A stretch of DNA of 64,000 bases from Candidatus Poribacteria bacterium (GTDB taxonomy: Bacteria > Poribacteria > WGA-4E > UBA9662), in contig JAYGDX010000346.1 in NCBI GenBank assembly GCA_046582655.1, positions 1 to 64,000 on the forward strand, read 5' to 3'. Each line of letters begins with the position of its first letter. Position 1 is the first letter of the stretch. The notes under the pieces were generated by a model. It worked only from the letters and a program-made list of their open reading frames with translations, had not been told where the DNA came from and ran no database searches. Both the position numbers and the translations under genes were made by a program. This document shows, one piece after another, positions 10,070 to 22,275 of this stretch.

Positions 10070-10765
10070 ATGAAACCGAAGATTGAAAAGATTTTTCGCG
10101 CACCCTATTCAGTACCTAACGGTTTGCAGGTAATAGATGAGGGAGTATGGATTGTCGATCAAATCACTGACCGAGTCGCCTTGGTTGAACTCGCTGAATC
10201 TTCTAATTACGGTGTGACCAAACTTATCAGGGACGTACCAACCGAGTCTTCAAATACTAGCGGATTGGCGTACGGTGATGATGCTCTCTGGCTGGCTGCT
10301 AACGGTTCAGGCAGTATGTGGAGACAAGTAAGACATACCGATGCAAACGAAGGGGAGATATTGAAAGTAGATCCCCAGACAGGCCAAACCTTACAGAGAT
10401 ACAAAATACCAGATGGTGGTGGTACTCACGGTTTAGAATATGACCATTACGAAAACGGATACATTTGGGTCGAAACATTGAAGGATAAAGTCTTGCACAA
10501 GGTTCGTATCAGCGACTGGTCGGTTCAACACACTATCCCTCTTCCTTATGAACGTGCACATGGTGTAGTTCGGTTTGAAGATGGGATATGGGTTGTACAC
10601 ACGTCTGATCGGTTGATAGTCAAGCTTGATCTCGAAGACGGCAGTGAATTGGACCAGATTCACGTACCAGCTGAATATCCGGAGCCACACGGCCTTTCCC
10701 TGTCAGGAAATGATTTACTGTACTGCGATGCTACTTCTGGTTGGGTAGTGAAAATTATGTTTTAG
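10070..10765 (+). CDS. Beta-propeller protein (glutaminyl-cyclase/Vgb-like repeats)
   Basis: Repeated blades PNGLQ..GVWIVD, TSGLAYG.DALW, THGLEYD..YIWV, AHGVV..GIWV, PHGLS..LLYCD; GGAGG RBS favours the ATG at 10070. Confidence 0.65.
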   Translation: MKPKIEKIFRAPYSVPNGLQVIDEGVWIVDQITDRVALVELAESSNYGVTKLIRDVPTESSNTSGLAYGDDALWLAANGSGSMWRQVRHTDANEGEILKVDPQTGQTLQRYKIPDGGGTHGLEYDHYENGYIWVETLKDKVLHKVRISDWSVQHTIPLPYERAHGVVRFEDGIWVVHTSDRLIVKLDLEDGSELDQIHVPAEYPEPHGLSLSGNDLLYCDATSGWVVKIMF

Positions 10766-10793
10766 TTTAAGCTGATCACCAAGGAGTATTGTT

Positions 10794-11729
10794 ATGAGTA
10801 ACAATCTCATTTTAGATTTAATCAAGCAAATCGATTCTAATCAGTTACGCAAGAACCTTTTTAGCTTGTCCAAGGAACCATTACCCTATCGAAAACTTAA
10901 TTACACTGTGCCGGGAGATTCCAAGAACACTTTATACCAAGCAGATGATTTTATTCAGATAAAACTGGAATCCTGGGGGTATTCGGTGGAAAAAGAAGAT
11001 GTAAAGGTGCGTGCTTTTAACTGTGACACTTCCAAACCAAAAGCACATCAATACGCATCCCCATCGGAAGAATCCCCTTGGTTTACAGCATATAACCTAT
11101 ATGCAAAAAAACTTGGTGTGACTCATCCGGAAGAAATTGTCCTTTTTTTGTCGCACAAGGATTCGCAAAGCTGGGTAGATTCACCGGGAGCCTATGATAA
11201 TTGCGCGGGTACCGTTTCTACTATGGAGATTGCCCGCGTGTTGAATAACTATCCATCTCAACGGTCTATTTGGTTTTTATTCTGCAATGAGGAACATACG
11301 CCGTGGACAAGTGTAACGGCCGCGCAAAATGCCAAGTTACGTGGTGATAATCTGATTGCTGTTTTTAATTTGGACTCAATGGGAGGTAAGTCGCAGGCGG
11401 ATATTGATGCCGGCCGAAAAACGAATGTTACTTTGTTCACTGAACCGGCAGGGGAACGTTTTGCTGATTTGATGGCTGAAGTTAACAAAATTTATCAGAT
11501 TGGACTGACCCAACGAAAGTATCAGCGGCAGACCCCCGGCGATGATGACGGTTCATTCATCAAATCTGGTTTTCCGATGGCGGTAATGAACGTTGGATCA
11601 TTCCCTTACGCTGACCCAAATTATCATTTGGAAACCGATATCCCGGAGCTGGTAGATATTTCAAACTTATGGATGTCAACCAAAGCTAGTTTGGCCGCTG
11701 GGTTACGGATTGATCTCGGCGAGATATAG
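10794..11729 (+). CDS. M28-family metallopeptidase
   Basis: SHKDS, PGAYDN, CNEEH, NLDSMG and PNYH zinc-ligand motifs; AAGGAG RBS. Confidence 0.85.
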   Translation: MSNNLILDLIKQIDSNQLRKNLFSLSKEPLPYRKLNYTVPGDSKNTLYQADDFIQIKLESWGYSVEKEDVKVRAFNCDTSKPKAHQYASPSEESPWFTAYNLYAKKLGVTHPEEIVLFLSHKDSQSWVDSPGAYDNCAGTVSTMEIARVLNNYPSQRSIWFLFCNEEHTPWTSVTAAQNAKLRGDNLIAVFNLDSMGGKSQADIDAGRKTNVTLFTEPAGERFADLMAEVNKIYQIGLTQRKYQRQTPGDDDGSFIKSGFPMAVMNVGSFPYADPNYHLETDIPELVDISNLWMSTKASLAAGLRIDLGEI

Positions 11730-13107
11730 AGATCGATTCCGTTTTAGACTGGAAACTATTTCTTGTAAAATCAAGGTTTTTGACCCTTTCCCCATCCAAC
11801 CGGAATCCGGTAACTCGGCCATAATTATCCTGTTTGAAATATATGTGGGGGAAAAACCATTCATCACTTGTAAATCCGTCTCCATCATATGCCAACTGGA
11901 TATCGTCATTTCGTCTGTGTTGTGCGATCAGTTGCCCTTCATGAGCGACGATGGAGTAGGTCGTGTCAAGTTCCTGACTATAATAATCCCCTTCAAATTT
12001 TTCCAGCTGTTCTGATGTTAAATTGGAACTCGTATCAGAATGGACTGACTTCTTCGTTTGGACTGCCTGATCCGGTTTTTGGTTTATTTCTGCTGAATCA
12101 AGTAGATTATCAAGGTGTAATTCAGCGATTTCCTTAGTCCACTCGGAGGGATTAGAAGATGCATAATTTGACAAGATGACAACGGAAAACATCTGATCAA
12201 GGAACCGAATCAAATGACTGCGAAACCCTCTCCAGGACCCGCTATGCTCGGCAATTTTCAGGCCTTTAAACGCACCTATTTGCTGCCCAAAAGCGTAGTT
12301 AACCTGTTCACCACTGTTGAGAATTCCCTGCTGATGCATTAATTCAATTACCTGATCCCCGCCGACCTGTTTATGATCAAAATTTAAGATCCACTTGGCT
12401 AAATCTTCCACTGTTGAGTAGAGGGAACTTGATCCCAGAGCAGTCAGGTTATTTACGGCATTATAAAGCTTCCCTTCATGTTGCTGGTAGGAAGAGGACC
12501 GGTTTGTGACAACCATTTGATGGTTGTCACAAAAATAGGTGTTTGACATTCCCAGCGGGTTAAAAATGTTGGACTTAGTCCAATCAGTAAATGATTGATT
12601 GGTTGATCGCTGCACCATTTCTGCCAGCAGGTTATAGCCAGTGTTAGAGTAGAGATACATCTGGCCAGGTTTAAAGTTTAAAGCTTGCTGATGCTTAACC
12701 ATTTTCAAAATGTGCTGAAATGAAATAACATCATCCATCTGTACGCCAGCAAGAACCATTGATTGCACCCAATCTCTTAGCCCGCTGGTGTGGTGAACCA
12801 AGTGACGAACAGTAATTTTATCACCAAAATCAGGCACCTCGGGCAGGTGCTTTCGGATGTCGTCATCGAGCGAGATTATCTCCTCAAATGACAATTTAGC
12901 GATAGCAAAGCCTGTAAACTGCTTAGAAACCGAAGCAATGTCAAAAACTGTTGATGGTGTAATCTGGATGTCATGTTCCAGATTAGCCATGCCATAGCCT
13001 TTTTTGTAGATCACACTTCCATCTTTAATTATTGCTAATACTACTCCTGGTTTATCCTGTCCAATGTATACATCAAACAGCGCATCGACTTTTGATTCGA
13101 GTGTCAT
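11686..13107 (-). CDS. Serine hydrolase, beta-lactamase/D-aminopeptidase-like
   Basis: FDIASVSKQF (SxxK), LVHHTSGLRD, YSNTGY (YxN), HSGSWRGF; C-terminal accessory domain. Confidence 0.9.
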   Translation of the reverse strand: MTLESKVDALFDVYIGQDKPGVVLAIIKDGSVIYKKGYGMANLEHDIQITPSTVFDIASVSKQFTGFAIAKLSFEEIISLDDDIRKHLPEVPDFGDKITVRHLVHHTSGLRDWVQSMVLAGVQMDDVISFQHILKMVKHQQALNFKPGQMYLYSNTGYNLLAEMVQRSTNQSFTDWTKSNIFNPLGMSNTYFCDNHQMVVTNRSSSYQQHEGKLYNAVNNLTALGSSSLYSTVEDLAKWILNFDHKQVGGDQVIELMHQQGILNSGEQVNYAFGQQIGAFKGLKIAEHSGSWRGFRSHLIRFLDQMFSVVILSNYASSNPSEWTKEIAELHLDNLLDSAEINQKPDQAVQTKKSVHSDTSSNLTSEQLEKFEGDYYSQELDTTYSIVAHEGQLIAQHRRNDDIQLAYDGDGFTSDEWFFPHIYFKQDNYGRVTGFRLDGERVKNLDFTRNSFQSKTESISISRRDQSVTQRPN

Positions 13108-13148
13108 TTTTATGGTATCTTTAAGTTATTAACAATCAAGTGATATGT

Positions 13149-14138
13149 TTACCGTGCGTGCTGGGGGCCAGTATAGGAACGACCAAATGGTAGTCCGAAC
13201 GGCTCTTCAAATGGGCGAAACGGCACCATGTCAGCAATTTCTTGCAGGGACTCAATGATGTCTGTTGGTAGAGGTCCAGCGTTAACAGATTTGACATTTT
13301 GATTCACTTCCTCTACCGATCTGGCCCCCATAAGTACGGTTGAAATATCTGGATTAGATAACACCATACGCAGAGAGGCTTCCGGCAACGAGAGTTGAAT
13401 ATCGTCCAGAAAAGCATAAAGTTGTTTGAATTGATTCTGTCGTTGTGGGCTCAACCACCAAGCACCTGTATCGACTTCTGGGTGTTGGCGAGACAATGCT
13501 CCCTGTTGAAGAGGTGATCCGACAACTATTCCCATGTTCTGTTTTTTTGCTTCAGGCAGAATGGCAACCGAGGCTTCACGCCAGAGCAAACTGTAATTGA
13601 ATGCGGTCAAAACCACATCGTAGTTGCCCGTTGCCATAATATGAGGGAGTTGATATGCTGTTGTGCCTCCCAATCCAGTAAAACGAATAATTTTTTCAGA
13701 CTTCAATTGATCTAATAGGTCACATACAGGCCCATGAAAGTTATCATAGTTATCCCACCAATTGTATTGACCTGGACGGTCTGGCTCGTGAATCATCAGG
13801 ACGTCGATAGTATCGCGTTTTAGTAGGCGAAGGCTTTCTTCTACCGATTTCCGCAACAGGTCATTGTCTTTCGGGTCGAAAGGTTGCGGTCGTCCACCAA
13901 TTTTGGTCGAAAGGTAATATGGCTGCGTTATGCCTTCCAGTGCGAAGCCAAGTACTTCTTCGCTATCAGCATAACTTGGCGCTGTGTCTACATAATTCAC
14001 TCCTAGTTCTAAAGCTCGTTGAACGGCTTGGCAGGAATGTTCCCGATCACGTTCACCAAATTTGGACACAAATAATCCTCCCATTCCTAATATACTGACT
14101 TCAAGTCCTGTTTTGCCGAGTAGCCGTTTTTCCATCAT
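13149..14138 (-). CDS. Aldo/keto reductase
   Basis: LGKTGLEVSILGMG, GVNYVDTAPSY, LSTK, SLRLLKRDTIDVLMIH, VLMGARS. Confidence 0.92.
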   Translation of the reverse strand: MMEKRLLGKTGLEVSILGMGGLFVSKFGERDREHSCQAVQRALELGVNYVDTAPSYADSEEVLGFALEGITQPYYLSTKIGGRPQPFDPKDNDLLRKSVEESLRLLKRDTIDVLMIHEPDRPGQYNWWDNYDNFHGPVCDLLDQLKSEKIIRFTGLGGTTAYQLPHIMATGNYDVVLTAFNYSLLWREASVAILPEAKKQNMGIVVGSPLQQGALSRQHPEVDTGAWWLSPQRQNQFKQLYAFLDDIQLSLPEASLRMVLSNPDISTVLMGARSVEEVNQNVKSVNAGPLPTDIIESLQEIADMVPFRPFEEPFGLPFGRSYTGPQHAR

Positions 14139-14270
14139 ATTCCTTTCTAGATATAAAACCAGATTTTCTTCGGGTAATTACTTTCTCACTTATTACCATT
14201 GGATTATACACCAAAATTACCGGTAAAATCTGTCAGCCCAGTGTGACGTCGGAGTGTTAAGTCTCTTGAT

Positions 14271-15020
14271 TTACAACGTCGGGATAGGAGTACGATTGGT
14301 TTTTGGGTCAACATATTTAGATAGGTCTCGTAGAGCAATGATAGTATATTCATGGTCATTCATGAAATCCATATATGTTTTAAACTGGTCTGGGTTGGTA
14401 TTGACCCAAGGATGTTCCAAAGCAGGTACACCGTGAAATGTTAACACCGTTATCCTTTCATCCTTAGCCTGCTCAAGAGCCCAAACAAAGTCATCAAAAC
14501 CCCAATTCGGTCCAGATGCGCCAGTAGTAGGAATCAGTAGCCGATGATGGACTTTAGGATCGTAAGCAGGACCACGTCCCCCTTCTGATTCGTAGGGAAA
14601 CTCAGGGGCTACGCCACGTCGTGCGAAACACATCCCTTTTTTTGTTAGCGACTCGACAGACTGGGAACCATGGTTATATCCAGGATAACAAAAGGTTTCA
14701 GGAACAGGGATTCCATACTGCTGACAACGTAAATCTAAATGCTCCAGATCGGCGAGGAATTCTTCCGGTGTTTGGTTGTTAACATTTTTGTGATTTCGCG
14801 TATGGTTACCTATTTCAAAACCAGCCTGATGCAGTTGACGGACTTCCTCCCAGGTTACATAATGTTCTTTATTCGTAAGAAAATTAAGTCCTTCAGTAAT
14901 GTAGAAAGTTGCTCCAAATCCATACTGCTTTAGTAACGGTGCTACATAAGTGACATCCGATTTATTACCATCATCGAATGTCAAGACAACCAATCGGTTT
15001 GGTATAGTCAGGAATGACAT
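14271..15020 (-). CDS. Polysaccharide deacetylase (CE4/NodB-like)
   Basis: VVLTFDDG, ATFYIT, EIGNHTRNH, FCYPG, LTFHG; ATG at 15020 follows the GGAG RBS. Confidence 0.9.
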   Translation of the reverse strand: MSFLTIPNRLVVLTFDDGNKSDVTYVAPLLKQYGFGATFYITEGLNFLTNKEHYVTWEEVRQLHQAGFEIGNHTRNHKNVNNQTPEEFLADLEHLDLRCQQYGIPVPETFCYPGYNHGSQSVESLTKKGMCFARRGVAPEFPYESEGGRGPAYDPKVHHRLLIPTTGASGPNWGFDDFVWALEQAKDERITVLTFHGVPALEHPWVNTNPDQFKTYMDFMNDHEYTIIALRDLSKYVDPKTNRTPIPTL

Positions 15021-15099
15021 TTGATCTCCCTTTAGTTGGTAACTTTGTAAATGAGTGAATGTGTTAGCAAAATACACATCACTACCAAGGCATGCTTTA

Positions 15100-15790
15100 T
15101 TTAGGCTGCTGATTTTTGGTGTTTATCGTACAGTTGACGGCAATTCATAATCGGTACATTCTTTTCTCGTGCCATTTCAATCACCTTAGAACAGCTAATT
15201 GAAATAGCATACTGGAATTCCTTCGTGGTCGGTTCCCAACCGTCGCTCTGGTGGCCTGTATTGAAGAGTAAGTTGAAGTGTCATCCGGTTGCTGACACTT
15301 CAAACAGGTTAGGGAAACCATCTTGGGTATACTACAATAAGGCTGAATAAAAAGAGCCGGAATAAATAGGTTGCTCTAGTTGCCCCACACCATCGGTACG
15401 AATAAAACGGTGACCGCGGTTCCTTCTGATTCCGAGTTGCTTCGGATGTTCCCATAATCCTCTGTCAAATCCTCCGGGAGCGCAAAATCCAGGCGGCTCT
15501 GTGCCGAAATATTTTAGGATAAGTTTCGATGTTTCAGATTGCCTCGGTATTAGGCCCCAAGATGCCCATATGACTGTCAGTGTGAGAACCAATGTCAAAC
15601 AGAATATCGTTATTCAACAAGTCTGCAATATCCCGACTAGCTCTTTCAAAAATTCTGCCTAGAATCAAGAAAGTTGCTGGTGCTTTATGCCGTTTAAGTA
15701 CCCGGGTAATCGTATCATACTGGTCAAAGTTTCTTCCAGCCAGACTGACCAGTTTTCATCGGATTATAAGCTTGGGTTGAGCGCGTAAGC
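15100..15790 (-). pseudogene. Second, decayed polysaccharide deacetylase
   Basis: Manual translation LKRHKAPATFLILG...FDIGSHTDSH, a frameshift, then FGTEPPGFCAPGG, with further stops. Confidence 0.65.
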
Positions 15791-16159
15791 ACTTAAGTTT
15801 GAAATATTAAAGTGTGTTTGAAATTATATTATAAATGTATAATATAATCCCTACAACTGAAAAGGTTTATTCATTAAGAACGAATATTGGTGAATATGAA
15901 GAATGATACTTGGCTAGGAAATGATGTATAATTATCAAGAATCAGACCTTAAACCTCTTGAGAATGGGATTTCAATTCAGGATGTAGAACAAAGAACATA
16001 CTTATCTTAATGTTGAGGAGTGTTCTGAACTACTAATACAGTACGGTACTGATAGATAAGGTAAGGAACATCTACCCCTGCCTTTATTGGTTACAATCCT
16101 TGATGTTCAAACTTGTAACTGTCCGGATTATCCTCCTGTAACAACGTCTACAGCTTCAG

Positions 16160-16197
16160 ACCAAACATATTATACCAAACATATTATACCAAACATA
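16160..16197. repeat. Tandem repeat, 14-bp unit x2.7
   Basis: ACCAAACATATTAT at 16160 and 16174, partial copy at 16188. Confidence 0.9.
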
Positions 16198-16949
16198 AAT
16201 CTAAGGTTGATTACCCTAAAGAGAATGTCGTTCCTTGGCGTGGCGAAAAACGCCTTTAATATTGGAAAATCCGTTCCAGTATTTTTTTGAAGACCAGCCA
16301 ACTTAAAATGCTTTTTAGCAACTCTAAAAGTTATCGAGAACCCTAAGTATGCTGAATTTGCTGGTGAATCCCTATTGTCCTTAGGGATGAAAAATGGGGC
16401 AGCTACAATCAGCGGACATTTGCAGCTGCATGAAACCGCCATAAAATCCCATTAGTAGAATGTATCGAGGCAAGTCAAAAAGATATCACTCGCCGAAAAC
16501 TGGAATTAATCTGGAAATGAAATTTCAACAAAAAACGGGGAACATGACTGGCATAACGATAGTATTCCAGGTGCCACTTTCGTCATGAATGGCGGTCAAT
16601 TTATCTTTGATATGCCTTTTCAAAATATGCTAAAATCGGTGAGGTGAAGTGCCTTGAAAGAGCTAAGTTAATATGTATGCGAATACTGGCGATGAGATTT
16701 ATCTGCCCGATGATAGGAACATGGCTCAGCAGTCAGTAAACTTTATTATACGGGACTGTTCCGTGGGCATTCTGCCTGGCCATACTATTGTGCAGTGGAC
16801 GATAGCGGTCATCTTCTGGTGGCATTGATTCAGCTTGATCGGGTCATAGAGCTCAGAGACAATTGGCCGTAAATCTATTCCGATTCACCAAAACGATAAC
16901 GATACCATTGGGTTTGATAATTGGTAATATTCCTTTTCGGGGAGGTCTC

Positions 16950-17966
16950 GTGGATGCCCAAGCACTAATTTGCGATCAGATGCAGCAATTTACGATGGAA
17001 ACAGTTCAACTAAAGGATCTGAGATCAGATCAGATTGGAATTCGAACACACTACACTGGAGTCAGTATCGGTACAGAGTTTGCGTTGATTCGCGGCAAGA
17101 TATCTTCGGGACCGTATCCTTTGTGTACTGGCTATATGGGTAGCGGCATCGTCGAATCCGTTGGTTCAGAAATTGACAACTTCAATGTTGGAGATCGAGT
17201 GTATTTCCGCGGTAACGCAGACATGAGAATGATGGACGGTGCCGATGTCAGCTGTGTTTCTGGCGCCCACTGTTCTTATATTGTTCTCAACCCCAATACT
17301 ACCCATGGCGCAGCACACCTTCCTGCTGGGGCATCTATGGAAACGACATCTATGTTTGTTATGCCAGCTGTTGCGTTATATGGTGTGGATATGGCGAATC
17401 CACGAATGGGACAAACGGTGATAGTACATGGGACGGGATTGATTGGTTTGGGGGTTGTAGCAGCCTGTGCGAATCGCGGTTGCACGGTTGTTGCTGTTGA
17501 TCTTTCGCCTAAGCGTTTAGAGATTGCTCAACAGATGGGGGCTGACTACCTGATTTATGCTGAGGATCAAGATGTGGAAACCGAAGTTATGAAGATCGTG
17601 TCTGGTGGGGCAGATTGCGTCTTCGAATGTACCGGATTGCCTGAGTACATTGATTTAGCCATCAGGCTTTGCCGACAGTTTGGCAGTTTTGTTTGGCAGG
17701 GTCACTATGGAAGTAAACCTATTGCGATGGACTTTTCGTCGCCACATGGCCGAAGGCTGCAAATGTTCTTTCCTTGCGATGACGGTTGGCAACCATGCCG
17801 ACGTGCGGTGATAAAGAACATAGCCATGAGAACCCTCCAATGGGAACGGTGTATTAGTCACCGAATAGCTTGGCAAGATAGCCCCGCTATATTTGACCAA
17901 ATAAACCATGGTCATAATCCCGACATCATTGGTGTGGTAATTGACTGGACAAAACCAGTAAGATAA
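16950..17966 (+). CDS. Medium-chain dehydrogenase/reductase (Zn-ADH superfamily; canonical catalytic Zn ligands not evident)
   Basis: GVSIGTE...YPLCTGY..SG (replacing C...GHE), VGDRV, GTGLIGL, ADCVFECTG; GTG at 16950 after GGGGAGG. Confidence 0.85.
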   Translation: MDAQALICDQMQQFTMETVQLKDLRSDQIGIRTHYTGVSIGTEFALIRGKISSGPYPLCTGYMGSGIVESVGSEIDNFNVGDRVYFRGNADMRMMDGADVSCVSGAHCSYIVLNPNTTHGAAHLPAGASMETTSMFVMPAVALYGVDMANPRMGQTVIVHGTGLIGLGVVAACANRGCTVVAVDLSPKRLEIAQQMGADYLIYAEDQDVETEVMKIVSGGADCVFECTGLPEYIDLAIRLCRQFGSFVWQGHYGSKPIAMDFSSPHGRRLQMFFPCDDGWQPCRRAVIKNIAMRTLQWERCISHRIAWQDSPAIFDQINHGHNPDIIGVVIDWTKPVR

Positions 17967-17988
17967 ATTTCGTAAAGGGAAGGATGTC

Positions 17989-18831
17989 TTGAGTACGATA
18001 CTAGTCACAGGTGCTAGTGGTTTTATCGGTAAAAGCTTGAACCGTAAGCTGGCAGAAAACCATCAGGTTATATGCTTGAGCCGAAAGGATCCTGGGCTGG
18101 AATTGCCTTGGGTCAAGGGAGCTTTCGCTTCTTTTGAGGATTTAACTCAGATTGACAGCTATCAGATTGACATACTTGTTCATCTAGGAGCTGTAACAGG
18201 AGGAATGACAGAACGTGACTGTATTTTGGTCAATGTTGAGGGAACCCGTTGCTTGATGCGATACCTGATTAACCGCGGTTGCAAGAAATATGTTCTCGCC
18301 AGTTCTATCGCTGCTGTTGGTTTTCAAGACAGGGAATTTCGGCCTCTTCAGCTACCTGTTCCTGACGAGCACCCTTGTCTTGACCGTAGCGGTTACGGGT
18401 TGTCCAAGTATTTGATGGAAGAAATTAGCAAGTACTGCCATCGCCAGAACGAAGAGATTGATGTTATTAACTTGCGTCTCTCAAGTGTGTGCGCTGATGA
18501 CAGAATGCCGCCATTGAAAGAAGTTGGTTCTCTACCAGAATGGAGTCTAGGTGGGATCACCATTATGAACTTAACTGACGCTGTCCGGGCTTTCGTAATG
18601 TCGGCAGAAGCGTCTTATCATCCTGGTGTGAGAATAATGAACGCTGCTGGTCCTAAGGCATGGACTTCTGTACCTGTTGTGGAAATCCTTAGGAATTGGT
18701 GGGGAGATGATGTTGATTTGTCTCATTTCGAGCAACCGGGACATGAATACAATTCAGTTTATGAAGTGAGTCGTATTAAGCGGGAAATCGGATTTATCGC
18801 GTCACATCTACCCGGAAAGGTCTCCTTATGA
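17989..18831 (+). CDS. NAD-dependent epimerase/dehydratase (extended SDR)
   Basis: [31 protein letters not shown]. Confidence 0.9.
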   Translation: MSTILVTGASGFIGKSLNRKLAENHQVICLSRKDPGLELPWVKGAFASFEDLTQIDSYQIDILVHLGAVTGGMTERDCILVNVEGTRCLMRYLINRGCKKYVLASSIAAVGFQDREFRPLQLPVPDEHPCLDRSGYGLSKYLMEEISKYCHRQNEEIDVINLRLSSVCADDRMPPLKEVGSLPEWSLGGITIMNLTDAVRAFVMSAEASYHPGVRIMNAAGPKAWTSVPVVEILRNWWGDDVDLSHFEQPGHEYNSVYEVSRIKREIGFIASHLPGKVSL

Positions 18832-21762
18832 GTTTTCGTCTCTCGGTTGAAACTTGCTGGTTAGATCAACATATGCCATATATAAGCATGGGACCAGGAT
18901 AAGAATCAGTGGGGTAGCAAACACGAGACCATAACCGAGTGAGAGTGCCATCGGAGCCATAAACAGTTGGAGCTACACCTGCAACCGTAGTCACAATGTT
19001 GTCATCACGATTGCTCTAAACCTGTCAGCTCCTCCCTTTGCTATCACTTCAATCAGGTTTGCCTTGGGTGAAGTCGACCTAAATTCGTTCAAATGGTCTA
19101 CCATCACTAGAGAGTCGTTGACAACCACACCTACCAAACCAATAACACCAAGCATACCAGTGAAACTGAGGGGGGTTCCGTGTAAGAGGTAGGCAATGAT
19201 TACACCCACAATGCTGAATGGGATTGCGCTAATAACTAGAAACGGCTGAAGGAGAGACCTAAAAAGAAGAATCAGCAGAAAATAAATGCCAACCACAGCA
19301 ACAATCATAGTAATTGCATGCCTGGCCAATCTGATTTTATATCGAATTTATTTAAAACCTGATTTGAGGCTTCTATCGGTGTGATAATATCCTGATCTAC
19401 ATCAGCAGTTATAATCACTGCTCGAGTCCCATTGTAATGGTAATAATCCGGCGTTCCATTTTTAGAAGCGAATTTAACTACTGTTCCGAATTTTATCAAA
19501 TTACCGCGAGCGTTGGGTATTAGCAGGTTCTGAACAGTATCCAAATCCTTAACTGATTCGCTGTCACAGCATACCCGAAAATCAACTTCTTCATCCTCGT
19601 ATTTGACTGTTGTAACAGTTTCACCACTGTAAGCAGTTCGAAGATTCAAGGCGATATCAGTTGCGTTTAACCCAAGCCATGAAAGTGTTTGGTAATCAAT
19701 TATGACCTGAACCTGTTTTTTTCTGATAAGTCATTCCGCTCAATATCTTTAACACCTTTGATTTTTTCTAAATAGTCAGCAATGGCGTTTGAAAGTGACA
19801 TCCGCATTGTTATTGGTCGTCCTACATCGGGACCACCAGATTCAATCTCATAACTTATTTTCTTTATTCCGGATATTAGTTTCGTTTGTTCCCTAAGTTG
19901 TTCGACAATTGCAGATGCACTTCTGAGTTGCTTGGAATATATGGGAAGATTAACCCTAATAAATGACTGATCCTTTCCAAATGTTGGAAGTAGAATCCTC
20001 TCATAGGAACCTCCTATTCGGGTAGTAAACGACTCAATTTCGCCAGGATCCAAATCCAAGATCAAATCCTCCACCTGTTTGGTGACTTTAGTTGTTTGTT
20101 CGAGATTACTACCGTCAGGAAGTTCTATAATGATGAAGAATTGTTTGGCCATTTCACTTGGAAACAGAACCACGTTAAGATTATTTTTCCCTATCTGAAA
20201 TACTCCATAGAATATAAATAAAAACGATAAAATTAATAGATAGCGCCACCGTAGCAAATTGATAAGGAGATGCTGGTAAGATTTTCTTAAGCTTTCAAAC
20301 CAAAGACTTGTTTTCGACTGAGAGTGAGATTTTCTTTTTAAGCTCGATGATAGGTGAGATGGCAATACAACGATGGCTTCAACTATTGAAACAATCCCAT
20401 GGTTCCCGGAACAAAAAACATGGGGGCAAAGGCGCACAAAGTGGTGGAAATGGTTGTAAGTACAGGACGCCACACTTGGTACGTACCTTCAATTGCGGCT
20501 TTCTCCGGGGATTCTCCATTCTGCCATCGCGAATAAACGCTATCTGATACGATAATAGCATCATCCACAATAATTCCAAGAACGATAATCATGGATGTTA
20601 ATGTAATAGTATCTAGAAATGAACCAAAAAACGGCAGCAGGAATATAGCTCCCATGAAAGTAAATGGAATACTCATCGCCACCCAGATTGATAGAGTAAA
20701 ATCCAAGAATAAACGCAGAATCAGAATCACAAATATAAATCCGATAACCCCATTCCAAACCACAATGCTAAAACTGTTTTTAACTGTGGTTGATTCATCA
20801 TTGGCAAATAAGATTTCAACATTTTCTGGCAAAGTTTTATTGATTTGAACTATTTTTTCCTTAATTCTGTTACAAACTCGAATATTATCAGCATCTTCGG
20901 ATTTTCTAATTGATAGTACGATTGTGGGTTTGCCATTTAAATGGGGTATTATTGTGTTTTCCTCAAAGGTATCATTGATTTGAGCAATATCTTTAATTCG
21001 GGTGATGATCCCCTCCGGAGAAGACCGGATAATTACATCAGAAACTTCCATCGGGTCTTCAAACTCCGATTGGGTAATAAGACTGGTCTCAACCAAACCT
21101 GATTTTATGTTTCCTGCCGTTAACCGCAGGTTGCGGAGCTTAATGGCATTGATTGTGTCCCGCAATGGGATACTATATTGGTTAATAGAATTTGGATCTA
21201 TTTCTACCACGATCTCTCGGTTACGGTATCCGATCCGATCAATTTTAGCTACGCCAGGGACTTGATCTAAATCATTTTCCAACTGGGTTGAAATCCTGCG
21301 TAGTTCTTTGTAAGGTATTTCTCCTGTTACTCCAACTTCAATAATCGGTAGTACTGATGCTTCAATTTCAGTGATTAATGGACTTTTGGGGATTTGTGAG
21401 GGCAAATCAGTGACTCTACCAACGGCATCTCGAATTTTTTGCTTTACCTTGTCAGGTTTTCTAACATTCGGATCGAGGGTAACGGTAATGCTAGAAATAT
21501 TGTCCATCGACAGGGAAGTAATATAATCTATTCCAGTCAATGTCTTTAATTCTTTTTCTATTTTATTAGTAATACTGAGCTCTACATCCTCAGCAGAAGC
21601 CCCCGGATATTGGGTGAGAACCGTCATAATCCCCAAATCAAATGAAGGAAAAGTATCACGTTTGATAGTAAATACGGTACTTACTCCGGCGAGAATAACC
21701 ATAAAGGTGGCGAGATAAGCAAAGGTGTGGTTTCTGGAGAAATATTCTATAATTGCGTACAT
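18826..21762 (-). pseudogene. RND (AcrB/CzcA-type) efflux permease, fragmented
   Basis: YPGASAEDVE...IEKEL, LGIIVDDAIIV, P.LTT.STT...FAPM, GVIGLVGVVVNDSLV, RFRAIVMTTL and [15 protein letters not shown] are spread over at least 5 frames, with internal deletions. Confidence 0.9.
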
Positions 21763-21802
21763 CAGACAGTTAATTGGATGGTGCAAACAGCCCTTAAGTT
21801 TA

Positions 21803-21985
21803 TTATCCAGCTGGTATTGGTGGGTTGATAAATCCCGGAATTTTATTATATGCTGAAGCAACAGCGTAATCATTCTTTGTTTCCATGTTACCTAACGGGA
21901 AAAATCTATCCTGAATTGCCATTAATAAAAACATTAACGCCACCAGAATAACTACCAGTAGATGATAGGGGATATCATCATTCAT
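21803..21985 (-). CDS. Small membrane hypothetical protein
   Basis: 60 aa, one hydrophobic helix, AAGGAG upstream. Confidence 0.35.
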   Translation of the reverse strand: MNDDIPYHLLVVILVALMFLLMAIQDRFFPLGNMETKNDYAVASAYNKIPGFINPPIPAG

Positions 21986-22275
21986 ATTTAATGTTTAACT
22001 CCTTTGTTTAATAAAAAAAAACTAATGTTACAATATTAATTTGAGAGAATCAATTTTTTTTACTGATTAGGTAAATAATAGGGAATTGGTCGTATCCCGA
22101 ATTATTTTTACCATTAAATGGTAACAGGCAAACTGAGGATGGCTGAAATTCAAAGTATGGGTTATCAAGAGGTAATGGCGATTTAAAAAAGAGATTGGTC
22201 AGTTTGGAAAGAAAACGGAGAGATGTTGGAAGTATAAAATTTTATTTCATTGGTGAAATGATGCCTTTTAACATT

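Noticed and set aside
11686..11729. 44-bp convergent overlap of the M28 peptidase and serine hydrolase as antisense regulation
   Set aside because: The hydrolase tail looks like a non-conserved extension, and short 3' overlaps are common.
16160..16197. 14-bp tandem repeat as a CRISPR or iteron
   Set aside because: It has no spacers, fewer than three copies and no rep or cas gene. It lies in decayed AT-rich DNA and is likely slippage.
15800..16860. AT-rich stretch as an ncRNA or hidden gene
   Set aside because: Only short broken frames (one NHL-like fragment) are present, with no recognisable RNA motif.
22060..22270. Hairpins near GGCAAAC as a c-di-GMP riboswitch
   Set aside because: The GNRA/receptor and P1 elements are not identifiable and there is no suitably oriented downstream gene.
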